From Maricaulaceae bacterium (lineage in GTDB: Bacteria > Pseudomonadota > Alphaproteobacteria > Caulobacterales > Maricaulaceae), in assembly GCA_048268905.1 (NCBI GenBank), contig JBLWUN010000006.1:73106-137105 (forward strand): DNA of 64,000 nucleotides, in the 5' to 3' direction. Of the stretch, positions 8,274-20,040 are shown piece after piece. Numbering within the stretch: the first letter of the stretch is position 1; each line of letters begins with the position of its first letter. Position numbers and translations under genes: made by a program. Under the pieces are notes generated by a model. It saw nothing but the letters and a program-made list of their open reading frames with translations. It was not told where the DNA came from and did no database searches.

Positions 8274-9431
8274 TTAAAGCGCGGCCGCGAACCGTTCAAA
8301 AAGATAGAAACTATCTTGTGGTCCAGGGCTCGCCTCTGGGTGATGCTGCACAGAAAATACGGGCTTGTTTTTAACGCGAATGCCGCAATTGGTGCCGTCA
8401 AATAAAGATACATGTGTTTCTTCGCACGTGTCCGGCAGGCTTTTCCCATCGACGGCAAAACCGTGATTCATGGAAACGATTTCCACCTTATTCGTGGTAT
8501 AATCTTTTACCGGATGGTTGGCACCGTGATGGCCTTGTTCCATTTTTAAGGTTTTCGCGCCAAGCGCAAGTGCCAGCATTTGATGACCGAGACAAATTCC
8601 CAGCATCGGGATATCGGCGTCCAGCAAATCTTTGATAACCGGTATAGCGTAAATCCCCGTGGCTTCCGGATCGCCCGGCCCATTAGACAGGACAACGCCG
8701 TGTGGGTCTAGGGCTAGAATGTCTTTGGCCGTGGCCGTCGCGGGCACAACGGTCACTTTGAGGCCCTGCGACGCAAGGTTACGTAAAATGTTTCGTTTCA
8801 CGCCATAGTCAATCACGACAACTTTCTTGATGCCGTCAATGTCGCTATATCCTTCAGGCCAAACCCAGCGGGCTTCGCGCCAGTCAAAGTTCTCTGTTGT
8901 GTGGACGTTCTTCGCGAGATCAGCGCCGATAAGGCCGTTCCAGCTGCGCGCGCGCTCTGATAATGCGGCGATATCAAACTCACCCTTGGGATTGTGGGCA
9001 ATAACGCCGTTCGGCATGCCGTTTTCGCGAATATAAGATGTTAGCGCCCGCGTATCTATGCCTGACAGACCTATAATCTTGCGTTTCGTAAGCCAGTCAT
9101 GGAGGTGGCTTTCGGACCGCCAATTTGAGGGCTGCGTTACCGGCGCCTTAAAAATCGCGCCTCTCGCTGCGCTCTGCGCTTGAGATGTCGCCGCTTCCTC
9201 GTCTTCGGAATTGGCACCGGTGTTACCGATATGAGGGAAGGTAAAGCAAACGAGCTGCTCGGCGTAGGACGGGTCGGTTAAAATTTCTTGGTAACCGGTC
9301 ATGGCCGTGTTGAAGCACACTTCACCCACGGCTTCACCCACATGGCCGCAGCCGCGACCATAAAATACGTGGCCATCGGCCAAAATCAGAATTGCCGTAG
9401 GAAGGTCTTGCGTTTTACCGGACAGGGGCAT
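8274..9431 (-). CDS. carA: Carbamoyl-phosphate synthase small (glutamine amidotransferase) subunit
   Basis: 385 aa with GATase catalytic context [22 protein letters not shown] and [10 protein letters not shown]. Confidence 0.95.
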   Translation of the reverse strand: MPLSGKTQDLPTAILILADGHVFYGRGCGHVGEAVGEVCFNTAMTGYQEILTDPSYAEQLVCFTFPHIGNTGANSEDEEAATSQAQSAARGAIFKAPVTQPSNWRSESHLHDWLTKRKIIGLSGIDTRALTSYIRENGMPNGVIAHNPKGEFDIAALSERARSWNGLIGADLAKNVHTTENFDWREARWVWPEGYSDIDGIKKVVVIDYGVKRNILRNLASQGLKVTVVPATATAKDILALDPHGVVLSNGPGDPEATGIYAIPVIKDLLDADIPMLGICLGHQMLALALGAKTLKMEQGHHGANHPVKDYTTNKVEIVSMNHGFAVDGKSLPDTCEETHVSLFDGTNCGIRVKNKPVFSVQHHPEASPGPQDSFYLFERFAAAL

Positions 9432-9598
9432 AATAGGCTCCGCTTTCGCTCAGTCGCGCCCCTTTTACGGCGGGCACGCGTGGACGCAAGTCACAAATGA
9501 CGCTTTGGTGAATTTTTCTGACCTTTGTTTCATATTGCGCCTGCGTTTGTGTTATGAGAGAATTTGAAATTGCAAACTGTCATGACGAGGACATCAAA

Positions 9599-10060
9599 AT
9601 GGCATTGAGACAAAACATATCGACAAGCGTGAAAGATGCGATGAAAGCGAAAGACCCGCTTCGCGTATCCACATTACGGCTCGTGAGTGCTGCGATTAAG
9701 GATAGAGACATTGCCGCCCGTTCGGCCGACCGCTGCGGCGGCATCGATGATGCCGAAATCCTGTCTTTACTCGCAAAAATGGTCAAACAGCGCGAAGAGA
9801 GTGCAAGAGTTTATGACGAGAACGCACGTCCTGAACTGGCAGAGCGTGAGCGCGCCGAGATCATTATCATGCGCGAATTTATGCCCAAACCTCTTAGCGA
9901 TGAGGAAGTGAGCGACACGGTTCAGGCCTTGGTCGAAGAGATGGGGGCCACTTGCCTGAAAGACATGGGTAAAATCATGGGCCGCCTGAAAGAAGAGTAT
10001 TCAGGCCGAATTGATATGGGTAAAGCTGGCGGGATCGTGAAGAAACACCTGTGTAGCTAG
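9599..10060 (+). CDS. GatB/YqeY domain-containing protein
   Basis: MALRQNISTSVKDAMKAKDPLRVSTLRLVSAAIKDRDIA... is a typical YqeY N-terminus. GAGGA lies upstream of the ATG at 9599. Confidence 0.85.
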   Translation: MALRQNISTSVKDAMKAKDPLRVSTLRLVSAAIKDRDIAARSADRCGGIDDAEILSLLAKMVKQREESARVYDENARPELAERERAEIIIMREFMPKPLSDEEVSDTVQALVEEMGATCLKDMGKIMGRLKEEYSGRIDMGKAGGIVKKHLCS

Positions 10061-10063
10061 GAT

Positions 10064-11740
10064 CTAGCGAGCCTTTTTTGCAAGGCGAGCCAATCGGATC
10101 CATTCCAATAATGCAAGAACGGACGCCACTGCGCCCAGTGCGGCGCAGACGATAAACGCTTGGGCGAACCCTTCTTCTTCAATAATCGCGCCTATCGTCG
10201 GACGTCCCAGAACGCCGAGCAAAAACACCAGTGAGACCAGCAACGCATATTGTACGGCGGCATATGATTTATTCACGATGGATGAAAGGTAGGCAATTGA
10301 TGCTGCGCTCGCAAGACCAACGGCGAGGTTCTCGGCAAATATAACGCTCGTGAGCCGCGCCATACGAATATCGAGATGAAAGAGGGCAAACAAATCATCC
10401 AGATGTGTGAAACCCAAGAAGGCATCGGTAAAAGTGGCGTTCAAGGCCAGATCAGCGAAGAGAAGATTTGTCGCGGCGGCTAGCACGGCACCTACGAAAA
10501 ATACCGGCATGCGGCCAAAGCGTAGCATGGCAATGCCCCCCACACCGATGCCGATCATGGTGGCGATGACGCCCATGAGCTTGGAGGCGAATCCGACTTC
10601 GGTCAAGGTGTGACCGAGAGCCCCATAATTTTCCCCTAGGTAAAAAGGATAGGCAAAACCGCCCCATATAAGGTCCGTAAACCGATAAGAGAGAACAACC
10701 AAGACAACAAGGATACATGCCCAGCGAAGTCTGGAAACGAGTTCGATCATGGGCTCAAGAATAGCCTGGAATAAAACGCCGAGAACACCTGCTGGGGGCG
10801 CGGTATTCACTGTCACGACGCCGCCAATTTTACGTTTTGCATTCAGATAGACAAGGGATGCGGCGACAATTCCGAGCCAAACCACCGTACTCATCACAAC
10901 CCATGGGCCCTTGTAGCGGATAAAATCGCGTGCGCTGTAGGCTTCTGGATCAGTTAGCGCGCCGTGCATGAAGTCCGCAATGAGGTAGAACCCGATAAGC
11001 CAGCCGATTAAAACCAGCACAGTTCCGCCCCCTTTTTGGCGGGCGCTCAGATGACCGACCATTGCCGTGGATTGATTTTGCGCCTCGCGGCCCGGTAATG
11101 TGCCGGATACGGGCGAGGGCTTGGCTAAAAAAATCCCAATAGACGTTAGGGCCATTAAGACGGTGGCGGCGAGGAATGTATTTTTCCATCCGATCTGATC
11201 CGCGACAATGAGCGCGACAAAGCCCCCAAGGAACGACGCCGTGCGGTAGCCAAGCTGCTCGACGCTGGATAGGATATCCAGTTGTAAGTCGTCTTTCGCA
11301 ACTTCGATTCGCCATGCAGCCAGAACGATATCAAAACTGGCCGAGAACACGGCGATGAGAACACAGACCGCGCCGATCGTCCCTAAATTATTGGGTGGTT
11401 CAGAAAATGAGAGAATGAGTAGGCCGACGGTAACAAGGGCTAAAAACAGGAACATGAAGAACCGCCGAGGGCCTGTCTTGAATCCAAAAGGCGTCGTTCG
11501 CTGTTGCAGCGCCGCCGCCCAGAGGAATTTAAAAGCGTAAGCGAGAAGGGCCCATGAAAGAAGGCCAATGGCTGTGGGTTTGACGTCTACGGTCGTGAGC
11601 CAAGCATTCAATGTGCCGCCGACAACGACGTAAGGAAGGCCAGAGGCTATGCCGAGAATCAGCATGGCGAGGACTTGCCGATCAGAAAATGCAATTTTTA
11701 GCGCTTGAAGGGCCGTCATTTTTTGTGCGTTTTCTGTCAT
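10064..11740 (-). CDS. ampG: AmpG-family muropeptide/MFS permease
   Basis: 558 aa and polytopic. The N-terminus LILGIASGLPYVVVGGTLNAWL...AYAFKFLWAA resembles AmpG motifs. Confidence 0.8.
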   Translation of the reverse strand: MTENAQKMTALQALKIAFSDRQVLAMLILGIASGLPYVVVGGTLNAWLTTVDVKPTAIGLLSWALLAYAFKFLWAAALQQRTTPFGFKTGPRRFFMFLFLALVTVGLLILSFSEPPNNLGTIGAVCVLIAVFSASFDIVLAAWRIEVAKDDLQLDILSSVEQLGYRTASFLGGFVALIVADQIGWKNTFLAATVLMALTSIGIFLAKPSPVSGTLPGREAQNQSTAMVGHLSARQKGGGTVLVLIGWLIGFYLIADFMHGALTDPEAYSARDFIRYKGPWVVMSTVVWLGIVAASLVYLNAKRKIGGVVTVNTAPPAGVLGVLFQAILEPMIELVSRLRWACILVVLVVLSYRFTDLIWGGFAYPFYLGENYGALGHTLTEVGFASKLMGVIATMIGIGVGGIAMLRFGRMPVFFVGAVLAAATNLLFADLALNATFTDAFLGFTHLDDLFALFHLDIRMARLTSVIFAENLAVGLASAASIAYLSSIVNKSYAAVQYALLVSLVFLLGVLGRPTIGAIIEEEGFAQAFIVCAALGAVASVLALLEWIRLARLAKKAR

Positions 11741-11863
11741 TTTTGTCTCGCTATTTTCGTTTTACCTTAAATCGGCGCTTCCGAAATGCAAGACACGAGT
11801 GTTCACTGGTTTTTGGCGTGTTTACCCTTGCACCTTGGCCCTAATTAAGCGAGTTTCCCGGCC

Positions 11864-14563
11864 ATGAATGCGCCTGCTAAAACCCCCAAGATTTCTGGCA
11901 AAGTGACGCCGATGATGGAGCAATTTCTCACCATTAAGGCCGAGGCCGGTGAGGATGCCCTGCTGTTTTATCGTATGGGCGATTTTTACGAGCTGTTTTT
12001 TGAGGATGCGGTGCGGGCGTCGGCCGCGCTTGATATTGCGCTCACGAAGCGCGGAAAACATGACGGCGCAGATATTCCCATGTGCGGCGTCCCCGTGCAT
12101 TCCGCAGAAACATATTTACAACGCTTGATAAAAAAGGGCTTTCGCGTTGCCGTGTGCGAGCAAACGGAAAGCCCAGCGGAGGCCAAAAAACGCGGCTATA
12201 AATCTGTCGTCAAACGCGAAATTGTTCGGGTCGTGACGCCTGGAACTTTGACCGAAGATTCGCTTTTGGACGCCCGCGGCTCCAACTATATCCTTAGCCT
12301 CTATCGGTCATTGACCGGAGATATGGCAATCGCATGGGCGGATGTTTCTGATGGGTCTTTTCACGTTTGCGACGTGGCAGAGGACCGGCTCGCGGGAGAG
12401 CTTTCCGCCCTGTCTCCGCGTGAACTCGTCTTGCCCGAGGGTCTTTACCAAACACCCGAATTTATGACGGGGCTGACGGTTTCAGAGGCCGCGTTGACGC
12501 CGTTGCCGGGCACCAAGTTTGATACGCGCAATGGTGAGCGGCGGTTAAAAGCGGCTTTTGATGTGTCCAGTCTTGACGGGTTTGGGGATTTTTCGAAATC
12601 AGAAATCTCGGCCGCCGGAGCGCTGATTGGCTATCTGGAACTGACGCAAGCGGGGAACCCGGTAAAGCTCTCGCCGCCCGCGCGCCGCGTCAGCACGGGT
12701 TTTATGGCGATTGACCCGGCAACGCGCGCCAGTCTTGAAATAGACAGAACCCAGCAAGGCCGCACGCAAGGCTCGCTTTTATCCGTGATCGACAAAACAA
12801 TTACAGGACCGGGGGCGCGTCTTCTGCGAGACCGGCTCTCCCGGCCATTGATTGATGTTGCGCAGATTAACAAGCGCTTGGACGCGGTGACATTTTTTGC
12901 CGAGACGCCAGAAATTCGAACCAGTCTGCGCGCCTGCCTTAAAGAGGCGGGCGATTTGGCGCGGGCCGTTAGCCGTATCGCGCTGGGCCGCGGCGGGCCG
13001 CGGGATATGACGGCGATCGGCGCGGGTTTGAAAATGGGCGAGAAAATTTGCGCCTTATTCGCACGTGAACGCGCGGATGTTTTGCCGGTCAACACAGCGC
13101 ATGCCCTCGCCGCGCTCAGCCTCGCCGATAAAGCCGAACTTGCCGCGCTCGTACGCGATATTGGAAAAGCCTTCCTGCCCGACGTGCCGATGCTCGCGCG
13201 GGACGGCGGATTTGTTGCCCCCGGTTGGCGCGCTGATTTAGATGATCTTAAAAAACTGCGAGATGATAGCCGGCGTATTGTGGCCGCTTTGCAAGCCGAC
13301 TATGCAAAGCAGTCCGGCATACCCTCCCTAAAAATCAAACATAATAATGTGCTCGGCTATTTCATCGAAGTGACACCCAAACACGCTGACGCGATGCTGT
13401 CTCAAAGCGGCGAGGGGCCGTTTATACACCGGCAAACGCTGGTGAGTTGTGTGCGTTTCACGACCACTGAACTCGCAGATCTCGACGCCCGTATTTCCGG
13501 CGCGGCGGACAAGGCGATCGCGCTAGAGCAAGACGTTTTCCAAGAGTTTACGGACCGTGTCAGCGCCCTTGCGGAAGGGATTCGACAAGCCGCGGCGGGG
13601 TTGGCGACGCTGGACGTGCAAGCGGCGCTGGCTTACTGGGCCGATGATTACAAAGCCGTACGCCCGCATATGGACGATTCGTTGATCTTTCGCGTCGAAG
13701 GCGGACGTCACCCAGTGGTCGAAGCCGCTCTGAAAAAAGACGGTGAGGGGGCTTTCACGGCCAATGATTGCTGGCTTGACGGCGGTACAAAAGATGCGCC
13801 GCGGCTCACCCTCATCACCGGGCCGAACATGGCGGGTAAGTCAACTTATTTACGCCAGAACGCGCTCATGTTTATTCTTGCGCAGGCGGGAAGTTTTGTT
13901 CCCGCGCGCCGCGCCTATATTGGCGTAGCGGATAGCCTGTTTTCACGTGTGGGCGCGTCTGATGATTTGTCGCGTGGACGTTCGACCTTTATGACGGAAA
14001 TGATCGAAACGGCGGCGATCCTGAATCAAGCAGGGCCGCGGAGCTTTGTCATACTCGACGAGATCGGGCGCGGGACGGCGACGTTTGACGGTCTGTCTAT
14101 TGCGTGGGCGACGGTCGAGCATTTGTACGAAGTCAATCTCTCTCGTGCCTTATTTGCCACCCATTATCATGAATTAACGGACCTTGCGGAAAAGCTCGGC
14201 GGGGCAAATAATGCCTGTCTGCACGCCAAGGAATGGAACGGCGATTTGATCTTTTTACATGACGTGAAAGCCGGCGCGGCCGATAAATCTTACGGCGTTC
14301 AGGTGGCGCGCCTCGCGGGACTTCCAGTTCAGGCCGTGGACCGCGCAAGAGACGTGTTGGTGCGTCTTGAGGGGCAACAGGACAAAGCCCAAGATCCGCT
14401 CGGGGGGCTCCCGCTGTTCACTGCCGCGCCAAAACCGGTTGTGGCAAAACCGTCAGATATTGAAATTGCCCTTTCACAGCTCAATGTAGATGAGCTTTCG
14501 CCTCGCGCGGCGCTGGATCTCTTATATGAGATGAAAGCGAAACTGGATAAAAAGGTGAACTAA
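11864..14563 (+). CDS. mutS: DNA mismatch repair protein MutS
   Basis: TPMMEQFLTIKAE and GDFYELFFEDA in the N-terminal domain. Walker A GPNMAGKSTYLRQ. DEIGRGTATFDGLSIA. Confidence 0.97.
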   Translation: MNAPAKTPKISGKVTPMMEQFLTIKAEAGEDALLFYRMGDFYELFFEDAVRASAALDIALTKRGKHDGADIPMCGVPVHSAETYLQRLIKKGFRVAVCEQTESPAEAKKRGYKSVVKREIVRVVTPGTLTEDSLLDARGSNYILSLYRSLTGDMAIAWADVSDGSFHVCDVAEDRLAGELSALSPRELVLPEGLYQTPEFMTGLTVSEAALTPLPGTKFDTRNGERRLKAAFDVSSLDGFGDFSKSEISAAGALIGYLELTQAGNPVKLSPPARRVSTGFMAIDPATRASLEIDRTQQGRTQGSLLSVIDKTITGPGARLLRDRLSRPLIDVAQINKRLDAVTFFAETPEIRTSLRACLKEAGDLARAVSRIALGRGGPRDMTAIGAGLKMGEKICALFARERADVLPVNTAHALAALSLADKAELAALVRDIGKAFLPDVPMLARDGGFVAPGWRADLDDLKKLRDDSRRIVAALQADYAKQSGIPSLKIKHNNVLGYFIEVTPKHADAMLSQSGEGPFIHRQTLVSCVRFTTTELADLDARISGAADKAIALEQDVFQEFTDRVSALAEGIRQAAAGLATLDVQAALAYWADDYKAVRPHMDDSLIFRVEGGRHPVVEAALKKDGEGAFTANDCWLDGGTKDAPRLTLITGPNMAGKSTYLRQNALMFILAQAGSFVPARRAYIGVADSLFSRVGASDDLSRGRSTFMTEMIETAAILNQAGPRSFVILDEIGRGTATFDGLSIAWATVEHLYEVNLSRALFATHYHELTDLAEKLGGANNACLHAKEWNGDLIFLHDVKAGAADKSYGVQVARLAGLPVQAVDRARDVLVRLEGQQDKAQDPLGGLPLFTAAPKPVVAKPSDIEIALSQLNVDELSPRAALDLLYEMKAKLDKKVN

Positions 14564-17376
14564 TGCCGCGTCCAACCCTTCTCAACCGAACCTCCAAGCC
14601 GATCATCCCCGAGCGCATGGCCGCGCCAGACCATATGGTTGATGGAAAGGCGCTTCGGGAGGCTTTGACAGCCATAGCGCTCGGCCGAGAGGACGTGAGG
14701 GCGTCTGCCTTGGCGCTTTTCAAAAAGACGCGCGATGACGCGATCGACTTCGCACGGCGAAAATTTGAAGCCGGGCATTTTAACGGGCACGAGATGGCAC
14801 GGGTCATCGCGGCCATACATGATGATTTAATCACCGCGCTTTATGAATTTACGACGCATCATGTTCTTCGCGCCCCCAATCCCACGGAACTCGAACGGCT
14901 CACTCTTTGCGCGGTGGGCGGCTATGGACGCGGAGAAATGGCCCCGGGTTCGGACGTGGATCTTCTGTTTTTACTTACGGATCAAAAAGGGTCGGCGCAC
15001 ACGGAAAGTGTCACGGAATATATTCTCTATATGCTTTGGGATATGGGCCTGAAGGTGGGGCATGCCACGCGCACAATTGATCAGAATATTAAGCTGGCGA
15101 AAACCGATCAGACCATTCTTACGTCTCTGCTGGATGTGCGTTTTCTGTGTGGCGACGAAGATATGGCGTCGCAATTATTTGCTCGCTTTCGCAAAGATAT
15201 TACGCGCGGCAAGGGCCGTGATTATATTATGTCCAAACTTGACGAGCGCGATATTCGTCATGATCGTGAGGGGAACTCACGATATGTCATCGAGCCGAAC
15301 GTCAAAGAAGGTAAAGGCGGCCTTCGGGACTTGCACGTACTTTACTGGATTGCGCGGTTCCTCGATAAGGACGGAAAAATAAGCGACGCGCAGCGGGCCA
15401 GCGACTATGTGGATATGGGCTTGTTTGACCAAGCGGCCGCTCAGCGTTTTGTTCGCGCCGCAGATTTTTTATGGCGCACGCGCATTCATTTGCATTTTAC
15501 GGCGGGCCGTCCCGCCGAAAGTTTGACGTTTGACCGCCAAACCGTTCTTGCCCGTAAGATGGGATATGCCGCCGGTCCGATTGAGGAGGCCGTCGAGCGC
15601 TTCATGCGAGAATATTTCACCAATGCCCGGGAAGTTGGCGCGCTCACGCGCATTGCCTGCGCCAAGCTTGAAGCCGAGAAATCCATTCGTCTTCCCAAAG
15701 GTCTGGACGCGCTTTTGCCGAATTCGCGCCGCAATATGAAAGAAGAAGGATTTATCCTTGATCATGGTCGTTTGACATTCAAAGACCCGATGCAGCTACG
15801 CGAGAAGCCATCTTTGATTATGGAACTTTTTGAAATTGCCGGCCGTCGGAATTTGGACATTCATCCAGATGCTTTGTCGGATATCGGGTTTCGCCGAAAT
15901 CTTATTGATAATAGTTTCCGGCGTGACCCAAAAGTTGCTGACCTGTTTTTAAAGCTCCTGCTTGGCGCCAAAGCACCCTATGCGACCCTCAAAATTATGA
16001 CGGAATCCGGGGTGCTGGGGCGATATATTTTGGAGTTTGGCGGCATTGTTGCGCGCACCCAATTTAATATGCATCATGCATACACGGTCGATGAACACAC
16101 ACTTCGCCTCATTAATTATTTCCATGATATTGAAAGCGGCGAGCTTGCTGGTGAAAACCCGTTAGCGACCGAGGTGGTCGCGTCGCTAGAGAAACGTCAA
16201 CGCCGTATTTTATATTTGGCCTGTTTGCTTCATGACACGGGTAAAGGCCAAGGCGATCAATGTATTGAAGGGGCGCGGCTTGCGCGCCGTGCCTGCCGCC
16301 GATTGGGTATCGAACAATCCGAGGTTGAAACGGTGTCGTGGTTGGTGCGGCGTCACCTCGATATGAGCGAAACCGCTCAAAGACGTGACATCTCAGACCC
16401 CGAAACGATTAAAGAGTTTGGAACCTTGGTCGGGTCTTTGTCACGATTAAATATGTTGTTTGTGTTGACGGTGGTCGATATTCGGGCGGTTGGCCCTGGC
16501 GTATGGAATGATTGGAAAGGTGTCTTACTACGGGACCTATACCGTGCGACGGCGGCTTTTCTGGAAGGTAAAGACGAGCTGGAACCCGCGGCCAAGGCCG
16601 CGGCGGCTCAGGAGCAATTGCGTGAGCGGCTTCCCGGAGACATGGGCGTGCGCGTCCAGCCGATCTCTAATGATTTAGGCGATGCTTACTGGCTCGGATT
16701 TAATATGACCGATTTGGTGCGTCATGCCCGATTTTTTGATACGGTCATAGAGGCGGGCGAAGATTTGGCCGTGCATACACGTCTGGATAAGAAGCGCGAT
16801 ATTACAGAGCTTTGGGTACTGGCAAGGGACCGCGTCGGGCTTTTTGCGGATCTCGCGAAAGCGGTTTCCGCAACAGGCGCGCAAATTATCGGTGCGCGCC
16901 TTCATACCGGTGAAAACAAGCGCGTGATGAACGTGTTCTATTTGCAAAATACAGAAAACCTCGCTTTTGGCCGCGCAAACAGCAAGTTGCTTGACCAATT
17001 AAGAGAGCGCGCCAAAACGGTGATAAATGGCGGGGAACTGAGTATCTCTATTCCCGCGCCTACAGTTTCGCGCCGCGCTGCGGTTATCCCGATCCAGCCC
17101 CGCGCCAATATTTTGGAGAGCGCCTCGGGCACAACGTCGATCATCGAGATCGAAGGCCGAGATCGTCCGGGTCTCTTGTACAAAATCGCAAATTACCTTC
17201 GTTGCGAGGATCTGAATGTTTTGTCCGCCCATATTGAAGTGGTCGGAACCTCGGCGATCGATGCGTTTTACGTGGTGCCTTTGTCAGGTGAGAAAATGAA
17301 GCCCAAGCAAGCCGCGCAGGTCAAGAAAGATCTCTTGCGCTTGCTTGATGATGATATCCTAGTTGACGTAGCATGA
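14563..17376 (+). CDS. glnD: Bifunctional [protein-PII] uridylyltransferase / uridylyl-removing enzyme
   Basis: Nucleotidyltransferase motif GGYGRGEMAPGSDVDLLFL, HD domain (LLHDTGKG) and two C-terminal ACT-like repeats. The ATG overlaps the mutS stop (TAATG). Confidence 0.95.
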   Translation: MPRPTLLNRTSKPIIPERMAAPDHMVDGKALREALTAIALGREDVRASALALFKKTRDDAIDFARRKFEAGHFNGHEMARVIAAIHDDLITALYEFTTHHVLRAPNPTELERLTLCAVGGYGRGEMAPGSDVDLLFLLTDQKGSAHTESVTEYILYMLWDMGLKVGHATRTIDQNIKLAKTDQTILTSLLDVRFLCGDEDMASQLFARFRKDITRGKGRDYIMSKLDERDIRHDREGNSRYVIEPNVKEGKGGLRDLHVLYWIARFLDKDGKISDAQRASDYVDMGLFDQAAAQRFVRAADFLWRTRIHLHFTAGRPAESLTFDRQTVLARKMGYAAGPIEEAVERFMREYFTNAREVGALTRIACAKLEAEKSIRLPKGLDALLPNSRRNMKEEGFILDHGRLTFKDPMQLREKPSLIMELFEIAGRRNLDIHPDALSDIGFRRNLIDNSFRRDPKVADLFLKLLLGAKAPYATLKIMTESGVLGRYILEFGGIVARTQFNMHHAYTVDEHTLRLINYFHDIESGELAGENPLATEVVASLEKRQRRILYLACLLHDTGKGQGDQCIEGARLARRACRRLGIEQSEVETVSWLVRRHLDMSETAQRRDISDPETIKEFGTLVGSLSRLNMLFVLTVVDIRAVGPGVWNDWKGVLLRDLYRATAAFLEGKDELEPAAKAAAAQEQLRERLPGDMGVRVQPISNDLGDAYWLGFNMTDLVRHARFFDTVIEAGEDLAVHTRLDKKRDITELWVLARDRVGLFADLAKAVSATGAQIIGARLHTGENKRVMNVFYLQNTENLAFGRANSKLLDQLRERAKTVINGGELSISIPAPTVSRRAAVIPIQPRANILESASGTTSIIEIEGRDRPGLLYKIANYLRCEDLNVLSAHIEVVGTSAIDAFYVVPLSGEKMKPKQAAQVKKDLLRLLDDDILVDVA

Positions 17377-18950
17377 GACTTTTAAAATCAACGGCCATTA
17401 TAAGTTCGCTGACATTGCTCAGCCGTGTTTTGGGGTTGGTACGCGATATTATGATGGCGCGCTTTCTCGGCGCGGGGATTATCAATGACGCGCTAATTAC
17501 GGCCACAAAGCTGCCGAACCTCTTTCGCCGCATGTTCGCGGAAGGTGCGTTTAATTCGGCTTTTATTCCTTTATATGCGCGGCGGATAGAAGAAGAAGGC
17601 GATGAAAAAGCGGCTCACTTCGCGAGCGAAGCCTTAGCGGCGCTGATGTTTTTAGTCGCTCTGATCGTGATCTTTTTCCAAATTACGATGCCGTGGTCGC
17701 TAAACCTTATTGGCGGGGGGCTTGAGAAAGTTGCGGCGGAACCGGGCGGCATTGTGCCTTATGATTTGGCGGTTCTCTACGCCCGTATTACCATGCCGTA
17801 TCTTTTATTTATGTCTTTAGGGGCTTTGTTTTCCGGGGTCCTGAATACACGAAATTTCTTCGCCATAGCGGCTTTCGTTCCCGTCTTGTTGAATGTGGTT
17901 TGGATTTCCATTCTTGGCCTGATGACCGTTTACAGCTGGTCCCTGCCCAATCTTGCGCTCTATCTTAGCATCGGTATGACCGCGTCCGGATTTCTCCAAG
18001 CAGGCTTTCTATTATGGGGGCTACGCCGTGCGGGCGTTTACTTGAAGCTCTTTAAGCCGCGCCTGACTCCAGGTGTGAAGCGCCTGTTTACTTTAGGTGT
18101 GCCGGGCATGATTTCCGCGGGCATTACACATATAAATATTATGGTTAGCCACTTCATATCGACCTTCCAAGAAGGCGCGCCGAGCTGGCTCTATTATTCT
18201 GACCGGCTTTATCAATTGCCGCTCGGCATTATCGGGATCGCGATGGGTATTGCCCTTCTTCCGTCCCTCTCAAGGCGTTTGCGTGCGGGCGACGAGACCG
18301 GGGCGCTCTCATCCATGAACCGCGCCATAGAAATTGCAGCCTATCTCACGATTCCGGCTGCGGTCGCGCTCGCCGTGATGCCGGGCTTTCTTGTGGGCGG
18401 ACTTTTTGAGCGCGGCGAGTTCACTGCCGGTGATACGGCGCAAACCGCAAGAGCTTTGTTTATGTTTGCCCTGGGGCTTCCCGCCTTTGTTTTGCTAAAG
18501 ATTTTGACCCCGGCTTTTTTTGCTCGTGAAAATACTCGGACACCTATGATATTTGCGGGGATATCTGCGATGGTGAACCTCTTCGTCGGTGCGTTTTTGT
18601 TTTTCAAGGTCGGATTTTTCGGACTCGCGCTTGCCACCAGTATTGCGGCGTGGGGGAATGTCTTTTGTCTGTCTTTTGTTCTGGGCCGTGACGGGCACTT
18701 TCGAACGGACAAGCGGCTTCGGCAACGCCTGCCGCGAATCTTGAGCGCGGCCGCGATTATGGGGGTGAGTCTATGGTTTATGTCCGGCCGTGCCCAACCC
18801 CTGATGAACGGAGAAATCGGCCGTAATTACGGTTTGCTACTCATCGTTTGCGCATTGGGATTTACGGTTTACTTGGTATTTGCCTTTCTATTACGGGCTG
18901 TCGCTATGCCGGATATACGTGATGCCCTGCGTCGAAATCCCCCAGCATAA
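17373..18950 (+). CDS. murJ: Lipid II flippase MurJ (MviN)
   Basis: 525 aa and polytopic. N-terminus LLSRVLGLVRDIMMARFLGAG...FRRMFAEGAFNSAFIP. ATGA overlap with the glnD stop. Confidence 0.93.
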   Translation: MRLLKSTAIISSLTLLSRVLGLVRDIMMARFLGAGIINDALITATKLPNLFRRMFAEGAFNSAFIPLYARRIEEEGDEKAAHFASEALAALMFLVALIVIFFQITMPWSLNLIGGGLEKVAAEPGGIVPYDLAVLYARITMPYLLFMSLGALFSGVLNTRNFFAIAAFVPVLLNVVWISILGLMTVYSWSLPNLALYLSIGMTASGFLQAGFLLWGLRRAGVYLKLFKPRLTPGVKRLFTLGVPGMISAGITHINIMVSHFISTFQEGAPSWLYYSDRLYQLPLGIIGIAMGIALLPSLSRRLRAGDETGALSSMNRAIEIAAYLTIPAAVALAVMPGFLVGGLFERGEFTAGDTAQTARALFMFALGLPAFVLLKILTPAFFARENTRTPMIFAGISAMVNLFVGAFLFFKVGFFGLALATSIAAWGNVFCLSFVLGRDGHFRTDKRLRQRLPRILSAAAIMGVSLWFMSGRAQPLMNGEIGRNYGLLLIVCALGFTVYLVFAFLLRAVAMPDIRDALRRNPPA

Positions 18951-19007
18951 GCCTTGCGAAACAAGCCTGCTTTGCTAAAACCGCGGCAATGAAATGAAAG
19001 TCTTATC

Positions 19008-20039
19008 ATGAGTGAACAAGCAACAACCTACGCAGGCCCAGAGCGTGTGTTTTCAGGCGTGCAGCCATCCGGTGCGCTACATCTCGGGAATTATCTAGGG
19101 GCGTTAAAGAAATTCGTCGATCTGCAAGACAGCCACGATTGTGTTTACTGCATCGTTGATTTGCACGCTGTGACGGTTTGGCAGGACCCCGCCGAGCTCG
19201 CCAATCAAACCCGTCATATTGCCGCCGCCTATTTGGCGTCTGGTGTTGATCCCGATAAAGCCATCATCTACGCGCAATCCAATGTGCGGGCGCATACAGA
19301 GCTCGCCTGGTATTTCAATTGTGTGGCGCGCATCGGTTGGCTCAACCGGATGACACAGTTCAAAGACAAGGCGGGGAAGAATTCCGAGAAAATGTCCGTG
19401 GGTCTGTACGATTATCCCGTTTTGCAAGCGGCGGATATTTTGGCCTTTAAGGCCACGCATGTTCCGGTCGGGGAAGACCAAAAACAGCATCTTGAGTTGT
19501 CGCGCGATATTGCAGGCAAGTTCAACAATGATTTTAATCAGCCCAACTTTTTCCCGTTGCCTGAGCCCCTTATTAAAGGCCCCGGCGCAAAAGTTATGTC
19601 GCTACGCGACGGCGAGAAAAAAATGTCCAAGTCCGATCCGTCGGATAATTCGCGTATCAATTTGACTGACAATGCGGATTTGATTTCTAAAAAAATCAAG
19701 AAGGCGAAAACAGATGGCGGCGTTATGCCAGAGACAATGGCTGAACTGGAAGGCCGCCCTGAAGTGGCTAACCTTGTGGGGATATATTCGGCGCTTTCAG
19801 GCCGCGCGGACGCGGATATTGTCCGGGAATATGCAGGCCAAGGGTTTGGTGTCTTCAAGCCCGCCCTCGCGGATCTGGCTGTTGCCTCTCTTGAGCCAAT
19901 CACCGATCTGATGAACAGATACCTGTCATCTCCAGATGAAATCGACCGCATTTTGCGCCGCGGCGCGGAGCAGGCGGATGAAATAGCGAATCCCATATTG
20001 GCCGATGTTCGGCGTATTATTGGTTTTATAGGAGCCTAA
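19008..20039 (+). CDS. trpS: Tryptophan--tRNA ligase
   Basis: Class I signatures [10 protein letters not shown] (HIGH-type) and KMSKS. 343 aa. Confidence 0.96.
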   Translation: MSEQATTYAGPERVFSGVQPSGALHLGNYLGALKKFVDLQDSHDCVYCIVDLHAVTVWQDPAELANQTRHIAAAYLASGVDPDKAIIYAQSNVRAHTELAWYFNCVARIGWLNRMTQFKDKAGKNSEKMSVGLYDYPVLQAADILAFKATHVPVGEDQKQHLELSRDIAGKFNNDFNQPNFFPLPEPLIKGPGAKVMSLRDGEKKMSKSDPSDNSRINLTDNADLISKKIKKAKTDGGVMPETMAELEGRPEVANLVGIYSALSGRADADIVREYAGQGFGVFKPALADLAVASLEPITDLMNRYLSSPDEIDRILRRGAEQADEIANPILADVRRIIGFIGA

Positions 20040-20040
20040 A